A stretch of DNA of 64,000 nucleotides, from NCBI RefSeq assembly GCF_902459465.1, contig NC_047071.1:8556001-8620000 (forward strand), in the 5' to 3' direction. Source of the stretch: Asterias rubens. Taxonomy: Eukaryota. Within the stretch, counting starts at the first letter, position 1. Each line of letters begins with the position of its first letter. The notes under the pieces were generated by a model. The model did no database searches and was not told the origin of the DNA. It saw only the letters and a list, made by a program, of their open reading frames with translations. Positions 1 to 12,579 of the stretch are shown here, one piece after another. The translations under genes were made by a program, and so were the position numbers.

Positions 1-489
1 ACAACACAAATCACCGTGCTGTTGTGAGATCGTATACACTTGCCCGTTTTTTCTCGTTTCTCATTATTTGTCGATCTCCCCATCCATACTTTCCAATTTT
101 GCCGCGCGGGTCCCGCTAGTGGTTCCTTCACAGACCCGTTTATTTCCCGTTTCGCTTATAATTATTTCCACGTTCAGTTTATTACTTTCCTATCCCGTAT
201 CGTTTATACGTTTTTCCTCTTCCTTTCCCGTAGGCCTATTATATCCCCGGCCCCGCTAATTATGTTTGCCATTCCCCGTCCCCTGTCCCACCTTGAGCCC
301 CTTCCCTCTCCCGTCCCATATCTAACCCGAGCCTCTGTATGTGAGCCTTCGTCCCCGCGATCACGTGCGTTGGCATTATTCTTTGCTTGCCACTTTATAC
401 CAATGTTTTCCGTTTTCCAAGGGGGGGGGGGGCTAATTGGAGAGACACTCTGAGTCACGACGAACCTTTTGGTGCTTTTTGCTGTGTGC

Positions 490-1890
490 TGGGAACCAAT
501 TCCATTGGACCCATCCTGTAGGACCCATTCCCACTGGAGCCAGCCCCGAGGGACCCTACCCCATTGGACCCAGCCCCTGGGACCTACTCCCATTAGACCC
601 AGCCCCCTTGAAATCCAATCCCATTGGACCCAGCCCCCGAGACCCAATCCCATTGGACACCGCCCCCTGGAACCCTATCCCATTGGACCCAGCCCCCTGG
701 GACCTAATCCCATTGGACCCAGCCCCCTTGAAATCCAATCCCATTGGACCCAGCCCCCGAGACCCAATCCCATTGGACACCGCCCCCTGGAACCCTATCC
801 CATTGGACCCAGCCCCCTGGGACCTAATCCCATTGGACCCAGCCCCCTGGGACCCAATCCCATTGGACCCTGCCCCACTGGGACCCAATCCCATTGGACC
901 CTGCCCCCATGGGACCCAATCCCACTGGACCCAGCCCCCTGGGACCCAATCCCACTGGACCCAGCCCCCTGGGACCCAATCCCATTGGACCAGCCCCCTG
1001 GGACCCAATCCCATTGGCCCCAGATCCATGGGACCCCATCCAATTGGACCCAGCCCCCCCCCCCGAGACCCAATCCCATTGGGCCCAGCCCCCGGGGACC
1101 CAATCCCATTGGACCCAGCCCCCTGGGACCCAATCCCGTTGGACCCAGCCCCCTGGGACCTAATCCTATTGGACCCAGCCCCATGTGACCCTATCCCATT
1201 GGGCCCAGCCCCCTGGGACGTAATCCCATTGGGCCCAGCCCCCTGGGACCTATTCCCATTGGACCCTGCCCCCTTGGACCCAATCCCAATAGGCCCAACC
1301 CTCTGGGACCCAATCCCATTGGACCAGCCCCCTGGGACCCAATCCCATTTGCCCCAGATCCATTGGACCCCATCCAATTGGACCCAGCCCCCCCCCGAGA
1401 CCCAATCCCATTGGGCCCAGCCCCCTGGGACCCAATCCCATTGGACCCAGCCCCAGCCCCTGGGACCCAATCCCATTGGACCAAGCCCCCTGGGACCACT
1501 TCCCATTGGACCTAGACCCCTGGGACCCAATCCCATTGGACCCAGCCCCCTGGGACCAAATCCCATTGACCCCAGCCCCATGGGGCCCCATCCAATTGGA
1601 CCCAGCCCCCTCCCCCCGAGACACAATCCCATTGGACCCAGCCTCCAGGACCCATTCCCATTTACCTCAGCCCCATGGGACCACATCCAATCGGACCCAT
1701 CAGCCCCCCTGAGACCCAATCCCATTGGACCCAGCCTCTAGGACCCATTCCCATTGGACCCAGCCCCCTGGGACCCAATCCCATTGGACCCTGCCCCCTG
1801 GGACCCCATCCCATTGGACTCAGCACCCTGGGACCCAATCCCTTTGGACCCTGTCCCCTTGGACCCCATCCCATTTGACCCAGGCCCCCT
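490..1890. repeat. 30-bp minisatellite, consensus gggacccaatcccattggacccagccccct, about 45 imperfect units
   Basis: Periodicity visible directly; ORF translations show a 10-aa period (WDPIPLDPAP). Confidence 0.95.
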
Positions 1891-2306
1891 CGATCCAAGT
1901 CCTCTTGGCATTGGTCCGGTTGGCTATTGTTAAGGCCCTGTCACACCATGGCGTATCGCCTGAACGTATGCCAACGCATGCACAAAACAGTTCGAAAATG
2001 TTCACGCACGGGGCCATCAGTCTTGCATGAATACCGCAGGAATCGCGGGGAGATTCAGAATGGAGTCGGAACATTTAACAATGAAACGAACTCGCACACT
2101 TTAACGGGCACCCGTTCAAATTAGCGCAATTCTTTAAACACAGTTTATTTGGATACTTGCACCTAATAGTTTGATTGCGGCACGTCTGATTGGTAATACA
2201 CATTTATTTGTTCTTCTTTTACTGAGTTAATACTGTTGGTCTTTGTTATACTTGGAAACAATTAATGATAACGTTTAAAAAGCCGAATAATCTGGAAGCG
2301 ATAATG

Positions 2307-2470
2307 TAGACCTGATTCAAGTCCCGTTCTCGTGCGAGAGGTCCCTAAAGTATCCGCCGTCAAAACGTGATCCCGAGCGGCGCGGCACAGGTTTTGGAAG
2401 ATTTCTGACGTTAGGCGATGGGACTGAAAATAACAGGACTCTCACGGGATATGGACTTGAGTCAAGTCTA
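2307..2470. mobile_element. Small MITE (~165 bp) with TIR tagacttga(c/t)tcaagtcc
   Basis: Termini tagacctgattcaagtcc and ggacttgagtcaagtcta; a second, inverted copy lies at 19320-19491. Confidence 0.8.
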
Positions 2471-2547
2471 GTAAAATTCAGTGTATGTGTTCATAACTTA
2501 AAAAACAATGCGTCATTACCATTTTAAATATAGATCAAAAGAAACGG

Positions 2548-3206
2548 TAGGCTTGCTCAAGGCAGTCGCATTATTCGCTCCGAAAAAAGGCCGCTGTAAA
2601 CCCAACCGTATACCCTGTGCGTGGTGCGTGTAATCACACCGCATGACCCACCCGTATACACACTGTCACATCGTACGACTACTGTGCACACAAGTCATCC
2701 GCACTCGTACCACTAACCGCATGCGGAGGCTGTCAGACCGACAGTCCGACGCATGCGGATAGTTAGTCTTGGTTCAAGACTCTCCTGGATTTGTCACAAC
2801 AGGGCGCGCTATCACCCCAACGCGCTATCAACCACAAACCGCTATAACCCGAGAACCACTATCACAGGAGAGTCTTGGCACATTCGTTAAATCCCCCCCC
2901 CCCCAAAAAAAAGGGGCGGGCTCTGCGGGAAACCTACGCACGCGCATTATGTTTCCCCCCGATTTTGGGGGGAGATTTAACGAATGTTCCAAGATTCTCC
3001 TGTGATAGCGGTTCGTGGTTGATAGCGCGTTGGGGGTGATAGCGCGCTTTCTTGTTACAAATCCAGGAGAGTCCTGAACCAAGACTAGCGGATAGTGTAC
3101 GCGGGCATCGTGTCGTGCGATGTTACGCACAGTGAATACGGGTGGGTTTTTATACAGCGGTGGTCTTTTTTCGGAGTGAATAATTCGACTGCCTTGAGCA
3201 AGGCTA
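2548..3206. mobile_element. Outer MITE with a 9-bp TSD (aagaaacgg), Mutator-like, hosting a nested MITE
   Basis: TIR tag(g/c)cttgctcaaggcagtcg at both ends; aagaaacgg at 2539-2547 and 3207-3215. Confidence 0.85.
2764..3087. mobile_element. Inner foldback MITE with a 9-bp TSD (gcggatagt)
   Basis: Long imperfect TIRs beginning tagtcttggttca and ending tgaaccaagacta; gcggatagt at 2755-2763 and 3088-3096. Confidence 0.88.
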
Positions 3207-3583
3207 AAGAAACGGTGGGAACTCTAAATTCGCACAATAGTCTTTTATATATTTAACATTAGATTAAACTATTTCAGGACGTGGCTGTTTTGGTTTCAAT
3301 CAGTTGTTTTCAGCAACTGTTTTTTTTTTTTTGAGGGAGAATATACGTTTGGTATTCGCGCCTAACATTAATGACAACAGGAAACTTTCTTCTAGCAGAA
3401 TTATGAGAAGTGTTTTACATTCAAGTCAAGTGGGCAGAAATATAAGTTGTTATCACCCCAAATTTTAATCTAAGAAAAGGTTCTATCAGATAGGCCCCTA
3501 TATTTCTCAAATTGTGTCTTTCTGCGTGAACAAAACTACTCCGGAATTTCGGCCAAATTCAATTTCAAAAACGCCACCACATT

Positions 3584-3959
3584 TTAAAGCCATTACACAC
3601 TTTCGGTAAACAGTATTGTCCAAGTCCCACACTTCGTGTATCACAACTTATGTATCAATAATAACAAACCTTTGAAAGTTTAGGCTTAATCGGTCATCGG
3701 AGTCGGGAGAAAATAACGGGAAAACCCACTATTGTTTCCGCACGTTTCGCCGTGTCATGACATGTGTTTAAAATAAATCCGCAACTCTCGCTATCGGGAA
3801 TTGATATTGTTTTACTGTTTTCGCAAAAAGTAAAGCATTTCATGGAATAATATTTCAAGAGAAGTCTTTCACCATTACCTTCTGTAAATCCTGTAAGTTA
3901 TTTGTAAATCTGTGAACTTTTATTTTTTGTTCTGCTCCGAAAGTGTCCAATGGCTTTAA
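3584..3959. mobile_element. TTAA-flanked MITE family B (TIR aagccattggacactttcgg), Kolobok-like
   Basis: ttaaagccatt ... aatggctttaa; homologous copies across the window. TTAA TSD with purine-purine termini is the established Kolobok signature. Confidence 0.85.
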
Positions 3960-5012
3960 ACAAGGTCAAACAATTAAACACGGAAAGCAGCCAATGTATG
4001 ACAACTATTTCCTGGGGTATAATGCTCGTTGAATAGCCATACATACATTATGTATGCAGCCCTGACAATGTACATACCGAAAGTGTATAATGGCTTTAAA
4101 ATGGTTTTATTGTAATTTACATGGTTTAAAAATCGAACGGTTCAAACCGCAGGACGGGTAACCTTTAATATCGTCAGTGAGCAGTGAAAGCATAAAATAA
4201 TTCAAAAAGGCCAAACACTTACTTTCTAACGTGAGCAATAATTGTGTCCAATATAATGAGTTAAAGTTATAATAAGTTAAGGGCTCTGGACGTACACATT
4301 TGGTAGTTGTCAAAGACCAGTATTCTCACTTTGTGTATCCCAGGAAATGCATACAATAACAAATCTGTGAAACTGCAAGGTACTCATAAAAGAATAACAC
4401 CCTTTGTATGTGCTGTCAGATGTCTAACAGAAGGCTCAATGCATGAAGTATTTTAATATTTGAGTGATAATTTACCTCTTTTTCGAAAAACTAACAATTT
4501 TTTTGAGCAATAGTGTCCAGCGCCTTTAAGCACCTGAATCGAAACGGGGACATTCGAGTATACATACTGAAAGGTTTCCAACTGCTGAATTGTTTCCTTA
4601 TAGAACACGACTCAGTGTTTCGATTTGTGTTGATTATGTCCATGATGAAGTGCTGTGACTGCTGATGCTGGACAAAACTACTTAAATAGCGCATAATATT
4701 GCTGTTGAAGCTGTGAAACTGCTGTAGTTGCTCGACACACTTCTGCTGGCAAAAGCGACAATGCTGCTTCTCATAAATAGCTGCTGCCGAGGGTGTTAAA
4801 TGTTGGTTGCTCATGCTGCTGCATGTGTATGTCCTGCGAAGCTGCTGCCCAAAGCTGATGCAGATAGTTTCAAGTTGCTACTTGTTCAGACTTTGCTTTG
4901 GCATGCTTTAGGCGCTCGATGCTACAACCGCTGCTGGATACCATATGAAGCTACTGCTGCTCATAGCTGATGCAGATGGCGGAAACTGTTAGTTGCTCAT
5001 GTTGCTGCTGCA

Positions 5013-5395
5013 TTAAATGCAGTGGACACTATTGGTAATTACTCAAAATAATTATTAACATAAAACTTTTCTCGGTGACGAGTAATGGGGAGAGGTTGAT
5101 GGTATAAAACATTATGAGAAACGGTTCCCTCGGAAGTGCCATAGTTTTCGAGAAAGAAGTAATTTTCCACGAATTTGATTTCGAGACCTCAGGTTTATAT
5201 TAGGTCTCGAAATCAACCATCTAAACGCACACAACTTCATGTGACAAGGGTGTTTTTCTTTCATTATTATCTAACAAGTCCGATGACCGATTGAGCTTAA
5301 ACTTTCACAGGTTTATTTTTGTACGCATATGTTGAAATACACCAACTGTGAAGGCTAGTCTTTGACAATTACCAAATAGTGTCCACTGTCTTTAA
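5013..5395. mobile_element. TTAA-flanked MITE family A (~385 bp, TIR aggcagtggacactattggtaatt), Kolobok-like
   Basis: TIRs plus an internal palindrome gatttcgagacctca...tgaggtctcgaaatc; more than a dozen full or partial copies in the window. Confidence 0.87.
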
Positions 5396-5749
5396 TGTCC
5401 TGCAAAGCTGCTGCTCAAAACTGGTGCAGATTGTGTAAAACTGACTGCTGATCATGCTGCGTCAATGTTTGATGATGCTTCATTGTGAAGCTGTGAAATA
5501 GTTGCTCATGCTAGTATAGGTGATGCTGCTGCCGCTCATAATAATATAATGGTGCTACTGATGATGTGAAGCTAGCTGATGCCACTTGTCCTGTTGCTGT
5601 GAAGCTGCAACACTGCTGAGATGCTGCAAAACTTCTGCTGCTTACGATGCTGCAATGCCGCTACTTCCACAAAAGGTGGTTGTCATGGTGCCACTGTTAC
5701 ATGATTTCAGCAGCAGCATTCTACCACTCTCTCATCGAAGTTTGTTCGG

Positions 5750-6856
5750 TTACTTCTTTCGCAATGACAGCAAGAGTTTCAGTAAATCTGAAGGCTCCTG
5801 TATCTCAGAGTAACGACACGTTACTATCTGCCGCATTACCACTTTGAACTGTGGGTGATTGACTGCGTAGATGATGGGGTTGACACAGCTATTGAAAGCG
5901 GTGATGGTTACTCCGGGTAGAGCAAACACGCGGCTACCAGGTATAGCAAGAGATATGAAATAGGGTGAAATCAACAGCGTGAAGATGCAGAACACCAGAA
6001 ACAAGTTCTTGGTGATAGCGAGCTGCTGACGACTGATTGCCCGCTTGGTTTTCTTAGCGACGCGTTGAGAAGAGGCTGACTCCCCTGCGGTAACTGTGAA
6101 ACTGGTGGATACTTCACCGTCCATGCTTGCCGCTGTAGAGAAGGATTGGCTGCTTTTCACAGATCTCATCCTTTGTTGCTTCCTAAAGTGTTGTTTGAGA
6201 TGGATATAGAGTGACGTGTAGCAACAGATGATGATGAGCATTGGGATTGGGTATAGACCCACAGATTGTGCCAGGTTGTATTCGGGACCTCGTTCGTGGC
6301 CATCTTTATCTGAACATGTATTGTCTTGTGGATCGTAACCAATGGAGCCTATGCCCATAAGCGGCGGGAGGAAAAACACAATACACGGGATAACCCAAGT
6401 CATTGCGATCATGACGGCTACTTTACGCGGGGAATACCACCAGCGGTAGGTATGCATGGGTTGAGTGATGAGGACTGTGCGATTCAAAGCGATTGAAGCC
6501 AATGTGTAAAAGCTGGTTCCCAGACCGGTGTAGAGCTGAATGGCAGCCAGAATGCACGGGAACTCCGACTCCATGGGCCAGCTTTCATGGCTCACCAAAG
6601 CTATGCAAATCCACGGGTAGGAGAGACTGGTCCAGAAATCAGCCACGCTGAGGTTGACCACGAAGGCGTTGGTCACGGTGCGGAGTTTCTTGGACAGGAT
6701 GACGGACCACATGACGAGACTGTTTCCAACGAGGCCGAGGATAGAGGCTACGACCCATACGATAACCAAACCTGCACGAGCCTTATAGGGGTAGAGTGAA
6801 TAATACACGGGTGTCGTCATAGTATCATTGACTTGCCATAGTGTGGAGTTCTCCAT
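5750..6856 (-). CDS. Intronless class A GPCR, cluster gene 1 (melatonin/GPR84/moody-Tre1-like orphan; 368 aa from the likely ATG at 6856, ORF extends to 6976)
   Basis: Seven hydrophobic segments; TM1 GNSLV, TM2 LSVAD, TM3 IALNRT (NRx for DRY), ECL2 Cys (DNTCSD), TM7 NSCVNPIIY, helix-8 HPQFK. N-terminal NDT sequon aligns with the paralog starts. Confidence 0.93.
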   Translation of the reverse strand: MENSTLWQVNDTMTTPVYYSLYPYKARAGLVIVWVVASILGLVGNSLVMWSVILSKKLRTVTNAFVVNLSVADFWTSLSYPWICIALVSHESWPMESEFPCILAAIQLYTGLGTSFYTLASIALNRTVLITQPMHTYRWWYSPRKVAVMIAMTWVIPCIVFFLPPLMGIGSIGYDPQDNTCSDKDGHERGPEYNLAQSVGLYPIPMLIIICCYTSLYIHLKQHFRKQQRMRSVKSSQSFSTAASMDGEVSTSFTVTAGESASSQRVAKKTKRAISRQQLAITKNLFLVFCIFTLLISPYFISLAIPGSRVFALPGVTITAFNSCVNPIIYAVNHPQFKVVMRQIVTCRYSEIQEPSDLLKLLLSLRKK

Positions 6857-7456
6857 GTTGCTCGTATCGCCTCTTTGATATTTTTCTAAACACAAATGCA
6901 AATTTTGGTCGAGCTTCGAACCGTTATATCTGAGTTTAACACTGTGTGGTTTTCGTGACTGTTGGTACTTAATCATGAAGAACTTCCTTGTTGTACTCGG
7001 GATGCTGAGACTTTTGGCAAGTTGGTGACTTAAATGTTAATGTTGGGGGAAATGAAAGTTACTTCCCTGTGCCAGTGATAGGCATTTGGTTTTCTTTATG
7101 TCCGCAGTTAACTTATCATTGGTGTAGTGAATGTTTTGACGAACTATAGTGTTACATGTTGTTATGTTATTGTTTCGAGAAATTAGAGGTGTTCAGCCAC
7201 GAGCAAGCTTTTTAACCGGTGATGAAGCTTGACAAAAAAAAGAAAAAGAAACAAAGTTCAAAGCCTTTTCGTGGAAACACTTGCTTGTATAATACCCGTA
7301 CAAGGGGGGGGGGGTGACGTAAGTCCGTGCACTCTTTCGAAAGCAAATGATGTATGATCTCGCTCGACACTCACACCTTCTCTTAATATAAATTGATATA
7401 GAATTTATATTTAAACAGGGAATTCTGAACAATAAAGGCTTCGAAAAAATTGTAGG

Positions 7457-7825
7457 TTAAAGCCATCGGACAATTTCGGTAAACAGTATTGTCCAAGGCC
7501 CACACTTCGTGTATCACAACTTATATATAAAATAACAAACCTGTGAAAATTTAGGCTCCATCGGTCATCGGAGTCGGGAAAGAAAATAACGGGGAAAACC
7601 CACCATTGTTTCCGCACGTTTCGCCGTGTAATGACATGTGCTTAAAATAAATCCGTAACTCTCGACAACGAGAATTGACATTAAAATGTTTTCTCGAAAA
7701 GTAAAGCATTTCATGGAATAATATTTCAAGAGAGGTCTTTCACCATTACCTTCTGTAAACCCTGTAATTTATTTGTAAATCTGTGAACTTTTCTTCTGTG
7801 CCGAAAGTGTATAATATGGTATTAA
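7457..7825. mobile_element. MITE family B copy
   Basis: Full-length homology to 3584-3959. Confidence 0.85.
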
Positions 7826-9416
7826 GAGTTGTCTAAAATATTAATATACATCTGAAAAACTAAGTTTTTATTTCAAATTTTACTTGCATGAAAGTATATA
7901 TTTATTTGTATAGACACACTTGATAACTAGTTATTTCAATTGTGTACTGTCACTCTCCATAATTAAAAATGATTACATTTGCAGATTGATTAAAACTCCA
8001 GAACAGGACAGTAACATTACGAAATACATGAAGGGGTTAAATGCTGGGTGTAGCTGACAAACTACGTCACTTGGGAGGAGACCAACTATAATGCAGAAAT
8101 TAAAAGCGTACATTTGTACATCTCTGCAAGTGTATGGATAAAGGCAGGAGACTAGTATAACTGTGCATTGAGCATTTATTAATCGAAAGAGGGCGCTATT
8201 ACGGTTGGTGACCCATTCTCTTCGCTCGGCCCAACCGGTCTCATCTATGACCGGTGTGTGATGTGCCCTTGCTCTATGTATGGATATGGGCTAATAAGCT
8301 TTCATGATGAAGTGGCACATTGTAGGTACGATTCTATTGCATTATGGATAAAGCAAAATGTCTTTTGAACCAAACAAGACGGTAGAGCACTTGTTGCGAG
8401 TTGGATAAGTTTAATAAGTTGGACTACTGAGGGCGCTATGCGTAGCAACGCCACTCGGGATACAAGATATCTAGATGTTTGCAACGAGTCAGTTTTGGAG
8501 TAGAAAATTATAATTTCTGTTCAGATTTTATAGAGGACCCTGGATCTCAAAACAGCGTTGAAGTGCAAGGCAGTTGAATGGTGGCATAAGACAATTGTAT
8601 GTTGGAGAAATTGAGCAATAAAGAAAGACACTCAGAATTAAAGGTTGTTTCAATCAACCGCAATACAGCACTGGTTTCATTAGGCTACTATAAGGCCACA
8701 AACTACAATAGTTGTTGGATTTCACAAAATAGAGTTAGGTAAACTGTGTATAAGTACATCTTGGTTAAAATGTTAACCCAGTAATTTTGACAGTTGACAT
8801 TTGAACCAACGTTAGGCAACCGTGTGGGCGAAGATTGTTACCAACAACTTGTACACATATTAAATACTCATTCGTAAAAAAAAACCCGGACATTTTCGCT
8901 GTTCCTTTTGGTGCAGAGCGCGTCACGTTAGGGTGTTTAAACGTTTGATAATGACCAGCTGAAGCTGTTTAAAACCAGTTGTTTTTAGAAAGTGATTGTG
9001 CGGCCAAAAGGGAAATATATAAATGCCGTTGAGTACACAAGGACAGTAAGTCTCACTATCGTTTCTGACCAATTTTGTTCTAAAAATTAATATGATACAG
9101 TAAAAATAATGACTATTGATACAGCACTGAATCGATATAACGAAACCCGAAAGTGTTCAAACTATACGTGTATATTACTTTGAACCAACCACACTGCATC
9201 AATAACCCTGCACATGACTTGGAAGTGCGCCAATCAGTGTTCTTGTGAAACACAACCTTATCAGCCATACATACCTTCTTTAAAAAACCTCAAAATAAGC
9301 TTTTCCTTTCATTCCCGCCAAGGTTATTAATAGCAATGTTTATCCAAATAATACACCATTCTTGATTAACTCACACAACCTGGCATTGGTGTTAGATGTA
9401 TTTAGCTGTCGATAAA

Positions 9417-10535
9417 ATGAACAATATGGACGAAGATTCTCTGCACCAAATCAATGATACAATGGGGACATCCGCCTACTCGTCGCCCTATCCCTACAAT
9501 ATTCGCATTGCTTTAGCCTGTTTGGCTATCTTGGTCACAACCCTGGGCCTTGTTGGAAACAGTCTCGTCATCTGGTCCGTCATCCTGTCCAAGAAACTCC
9601 GCACCGTGACCAACGCCTTCGTAGTCAACCTCAGCGTGGCTGATTTCTGGACCAGCCTCTCCTACCTGTGGATTTGTGTCGCCGGACTGAGCCACGATGG
9701 CTGGCCGTTGGAGTCCGAAGTTCCTTGCCAGATCGCTGCAGTGCAGTTTTACACCGGTCTTGGTGCGAGTCTTTACACTTTGGCCTCCATAGCTTTGAAC
9801 CGCATGGTCCTCATCACTCAAACAATGAACACCTACAGTTGGTGGTACACCCCGCGTAAAGTAGCCGTCATGATCGCATTGACTTGGGTTATCCCGTGTG
9901 TTGTGACTTTCCTCCCGCCGATTTTGGGCATTGGCGCTTTTGGGTACGATCCACAAGACAATACATGTTCAGACAAAGATGGTCACCCAAGAAGTGCCGA
10001 ATACAACCTGGCCCAATCTGTAGGTCTTTTCCCAGTACCAATGCTCATCATCCTCTGTTGCTACACAGCACTCTACATCCATCTCAAACGACACTTCAAG
10101 AAGCTGAAGATGACTAGATCTGTCAAGAATAGCCAGTCAGCCTCCACAGCGGTTGGTTTGGATTGTGAAACGTCCACCAAATTTACTGTTGGGGAGTCTT
10201 CAGTGACTAATGCAGAACACGTCTCCAAGAAAGCAAAACGGGCCATCAGGCATCAGCAACTAGCCATCACCAAGAATTTGTTCCTTGTGTTTTGCGTCTT
10301 CGCAATATTACTGTCTCCTTACTTCATCTCTCTCGCTATACCATCCAGCCGTAAGTTTGCGGTCTATGGAGGTGCCATCGCTATTTTGAACAGTTGCGTA
10401 AACCCCATCATCTACGCAGTCAATCACCCACAGTTCAAAGTGGTAATGAGGAAGATAATTACGTGCCGTTACTCTGAGATACGCGAACCTTCAGATTTAC
10501 TGAAATTCTTGCTGTCATTGCGTAAGAATGAATAA
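9417..10535 (+). CDS. Intronless class A GPCR, cluster gene 2 (likely start MNNMDEDS at 9417; ORF from 9396)
   Basis: Same 7TM motifs (GNSLV, LSVAD, IALNRM, NPIIY). Start chosen by alignment to genes 3 and 4 (MNNKDEDS, MNNMGEIS). Confidence 0.93.
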   Translation: MNNMDEDSLHQINDTMGTSAYSSPYPYNIRIALACLAILVTTLGLVGNSLVIWSVILSKKLRTVTNAFVVNLSVADFWTSLSYLWICVAGLSHDGWPLESEVPCQIAAVQFYTGLGASLYTLASIALNRMVLITQTMNTYSWWYTPRKVAVMIALTWVIPCVVTFLPPILGIGAFGYDPQDNTCSDKDGHPRSAEYNLAQSVGLFPVPMLIILCCYTALYIHLKRHFKKLKMTRSVKNSQSASTAVGLDCETSTKFTVGESSVTNAEHVSKKAKRAIRHQQLAITKNLFLVFCVFAILLSPYFISLAIPSSRKFAVYGGAIAILNSCVNPIIYAVNHPQFKVVMRKIITCRYSEIREPSDLLKFLLSLRKNE

Positions 10536-10980
10536 AGTCTCAATCAACAGCAATGACACCATTACCATCTTCGATCGACACCAATAGACCACCTTAAAAA
10601 CCATCGATATATCAGTAGCACCACCACTACCAACCTTAATGTCTTCGACACCACTAGACTACCCCTTAATGACTATCGACACAGCAGTAGCACCACCACC
10701 AACAACTTCGTTATCATCGACACCTCTAGACAACCACCTTCATAGTCATCGACACATCAGTAGCACCATCACCACCGACTTTACCATCTTCGACACCACT
10801 AGACTACAACCTTTAACACAATCGACACATCAGTAACAACATCACCACCAACCTTACCGTCTTCGACACCATAGACTACCATCTTCATAACCATCGACAC
10901 AACCGCTTACTTCATTACCATAGACACCACAGACTTTCATCGACATAACAACCAACAGTTTAATTGACAATACGCCTCTC

Positions 10981-11588
10981 TTAAAGTCACCTGGAAATGT
11001 AATTTTTATTTTTTCAAACATAAGAGTATGTTTAGTAACAATAAAACATTTTTTTAAAGAATTGTTTTTGTCACGATTTACGTGTTTAAAAAACAGTTAG
11101 GTTGTTTGGGGTTAGACTCCGCCTACCCCTTTTGTGACGTCAATCGAGGCAGACTTTGCCTTAATGCGTAGAGTAAACACACGTGAAAAGTACATGCAAG
11201 TCCAAGTCATTGAGTTTGTACGTTTCGAAAAAGTTGTTTTCTTGCATTTTCCGGCAATGCCGACCAAGTGTATTGCTGCTGGACGCAGCAAAACAACTAA
11301 AGATGGGGTCAGTCTGCATGGCTGGTCAGACTCACAAGAGCAATAGTGCCTAGTGGTCCGGTCCGACGTCTTTTTCAGCGCTGTGCAACATTTTCTCTTC
11401 AAATATCGCGCCTCGATTGACGTCACGAACAGCGCCCTCTCAGGTCGGGGCCTACTCTTACATTTGTAAATAAGATAAGAACTCATTTTTTTGAACCTTA
11501 GTTAACTGTTTATTCACACTCCACTCATCAAAACACATATGTGACAACAGCTTTATTTTGACAAAATACCACTTCCAGGTGACTTGAA
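10981..11588. mobile_element. TTAA-flanked non-autonomous element (family C) carrying a THAP zinc-finger N-terminal stub
   Basis: TIR agtcacctggaa ... ttccaggtgact; internal MPTKCIAAGRSKTTKDGVSLH at 11257-11319; related inverted fragment at about 30519-30900. Confidence 0.75.
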
Positions 11589-12008
11589 TACTATGCATGA
11601 GGTACGTCACGTTGTAACTCAAAAACGAGGCGATGGGCGCAGCCACTGCAAGTGATGGGGAACGTGCGCCCATAGCCTCAATTTGGGTAGAAATATGACG
11701 TCATGCATAAGTATTAAGAGAGGCGTATAGACAACCAACTTCATGACAATCGATTATAGCCTTCTTAGCACCAAGACCACCAGTACCTGTATCCCCGTCA
11801 TTGGGACCAGTACCAGTAGCTTTGTGCTACCAGAATTATCACGGCATTTTTAACACAGTCTATCCGCAGGTCACTAGATTTCATTTCCTTTTATCCTCAT
11901 ATTATTCATCGTTTTTCGTGCGTGACATCTGTGTGAATATTTAATTTTGTTCATGTCCACCGGTAGTCCAGAACCCACGTTAAAAACAAAAACAAAAACA
12001 AAAAAACA

Positions 12009-12394
12009 TTAAAGGCAGTGGACACTATTGGTAATTACTCAAAATATTTATGACCATAAAACCTTACTTGGTAACGAGTAATGGGGAGCTGTTGATAGTA
12101 TAAAACATTGTGAGAAACGGCTCCCTCTGAAGTGATGTAGTTTTTGAGAAAGAAGTACTTGTCCACGAATTTGATTTCGAGACCTCAAGTTTAGAACTTG
12201 AGGTCTCGAAATCAGCCACCTAAACGCACACAACTTCGTCTGACAAGGGAATTTTTTTCTTTCATAGTTATCTCGCAACTCCGACGACCAATCGAGCTTA
12301 AATTTTCACAGGTTTGCTATTTTATATACATGTTGAGATACACCAAGTGAGAAGACTGGATCTTTACAATTACCAATAGCGCCACTGCCTTTAA
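12009..12394. mobile_element. MITE family A copy
   Basis: ttaaaggcagtgg ... ccactgcctttaa. Confidence 0.88.
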
Positions 12395-12579
12395 ACAGGA
12401 TGGTTTTCCTGCACGGTGATTGGCTGACGATGACATCACCCATTGATGTGTCAGCTTGCTGTTTTTCGTGGGTTAACGCATGGGCTGCTGACTGAACCAC
12501 AGGGGCTACAGGAGGCTGACACGCTTGAATAAATTTAGGAATTCCATTTTCCTACCCGCTTATTAAGACTTGATGCTAG

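Noticed and set aside
437-1741. 434-aa Pro-rich ORF and overlapping Gly/Pro-rich ORFs on both strands (collagen- or mucin-like appearance)
   Set aside because: By-products of a 30-bp repeat with few stops in several frames. The period is 10 aa rather than Gly-X-Y, and there is no signal peptide or unique flanking domain.
9513-9956. Antisense ORFs conserved opposite several GPCR genes
   Set aside because: Expected shadow of the conserved sense codons; starts and stops vary among paralogs.
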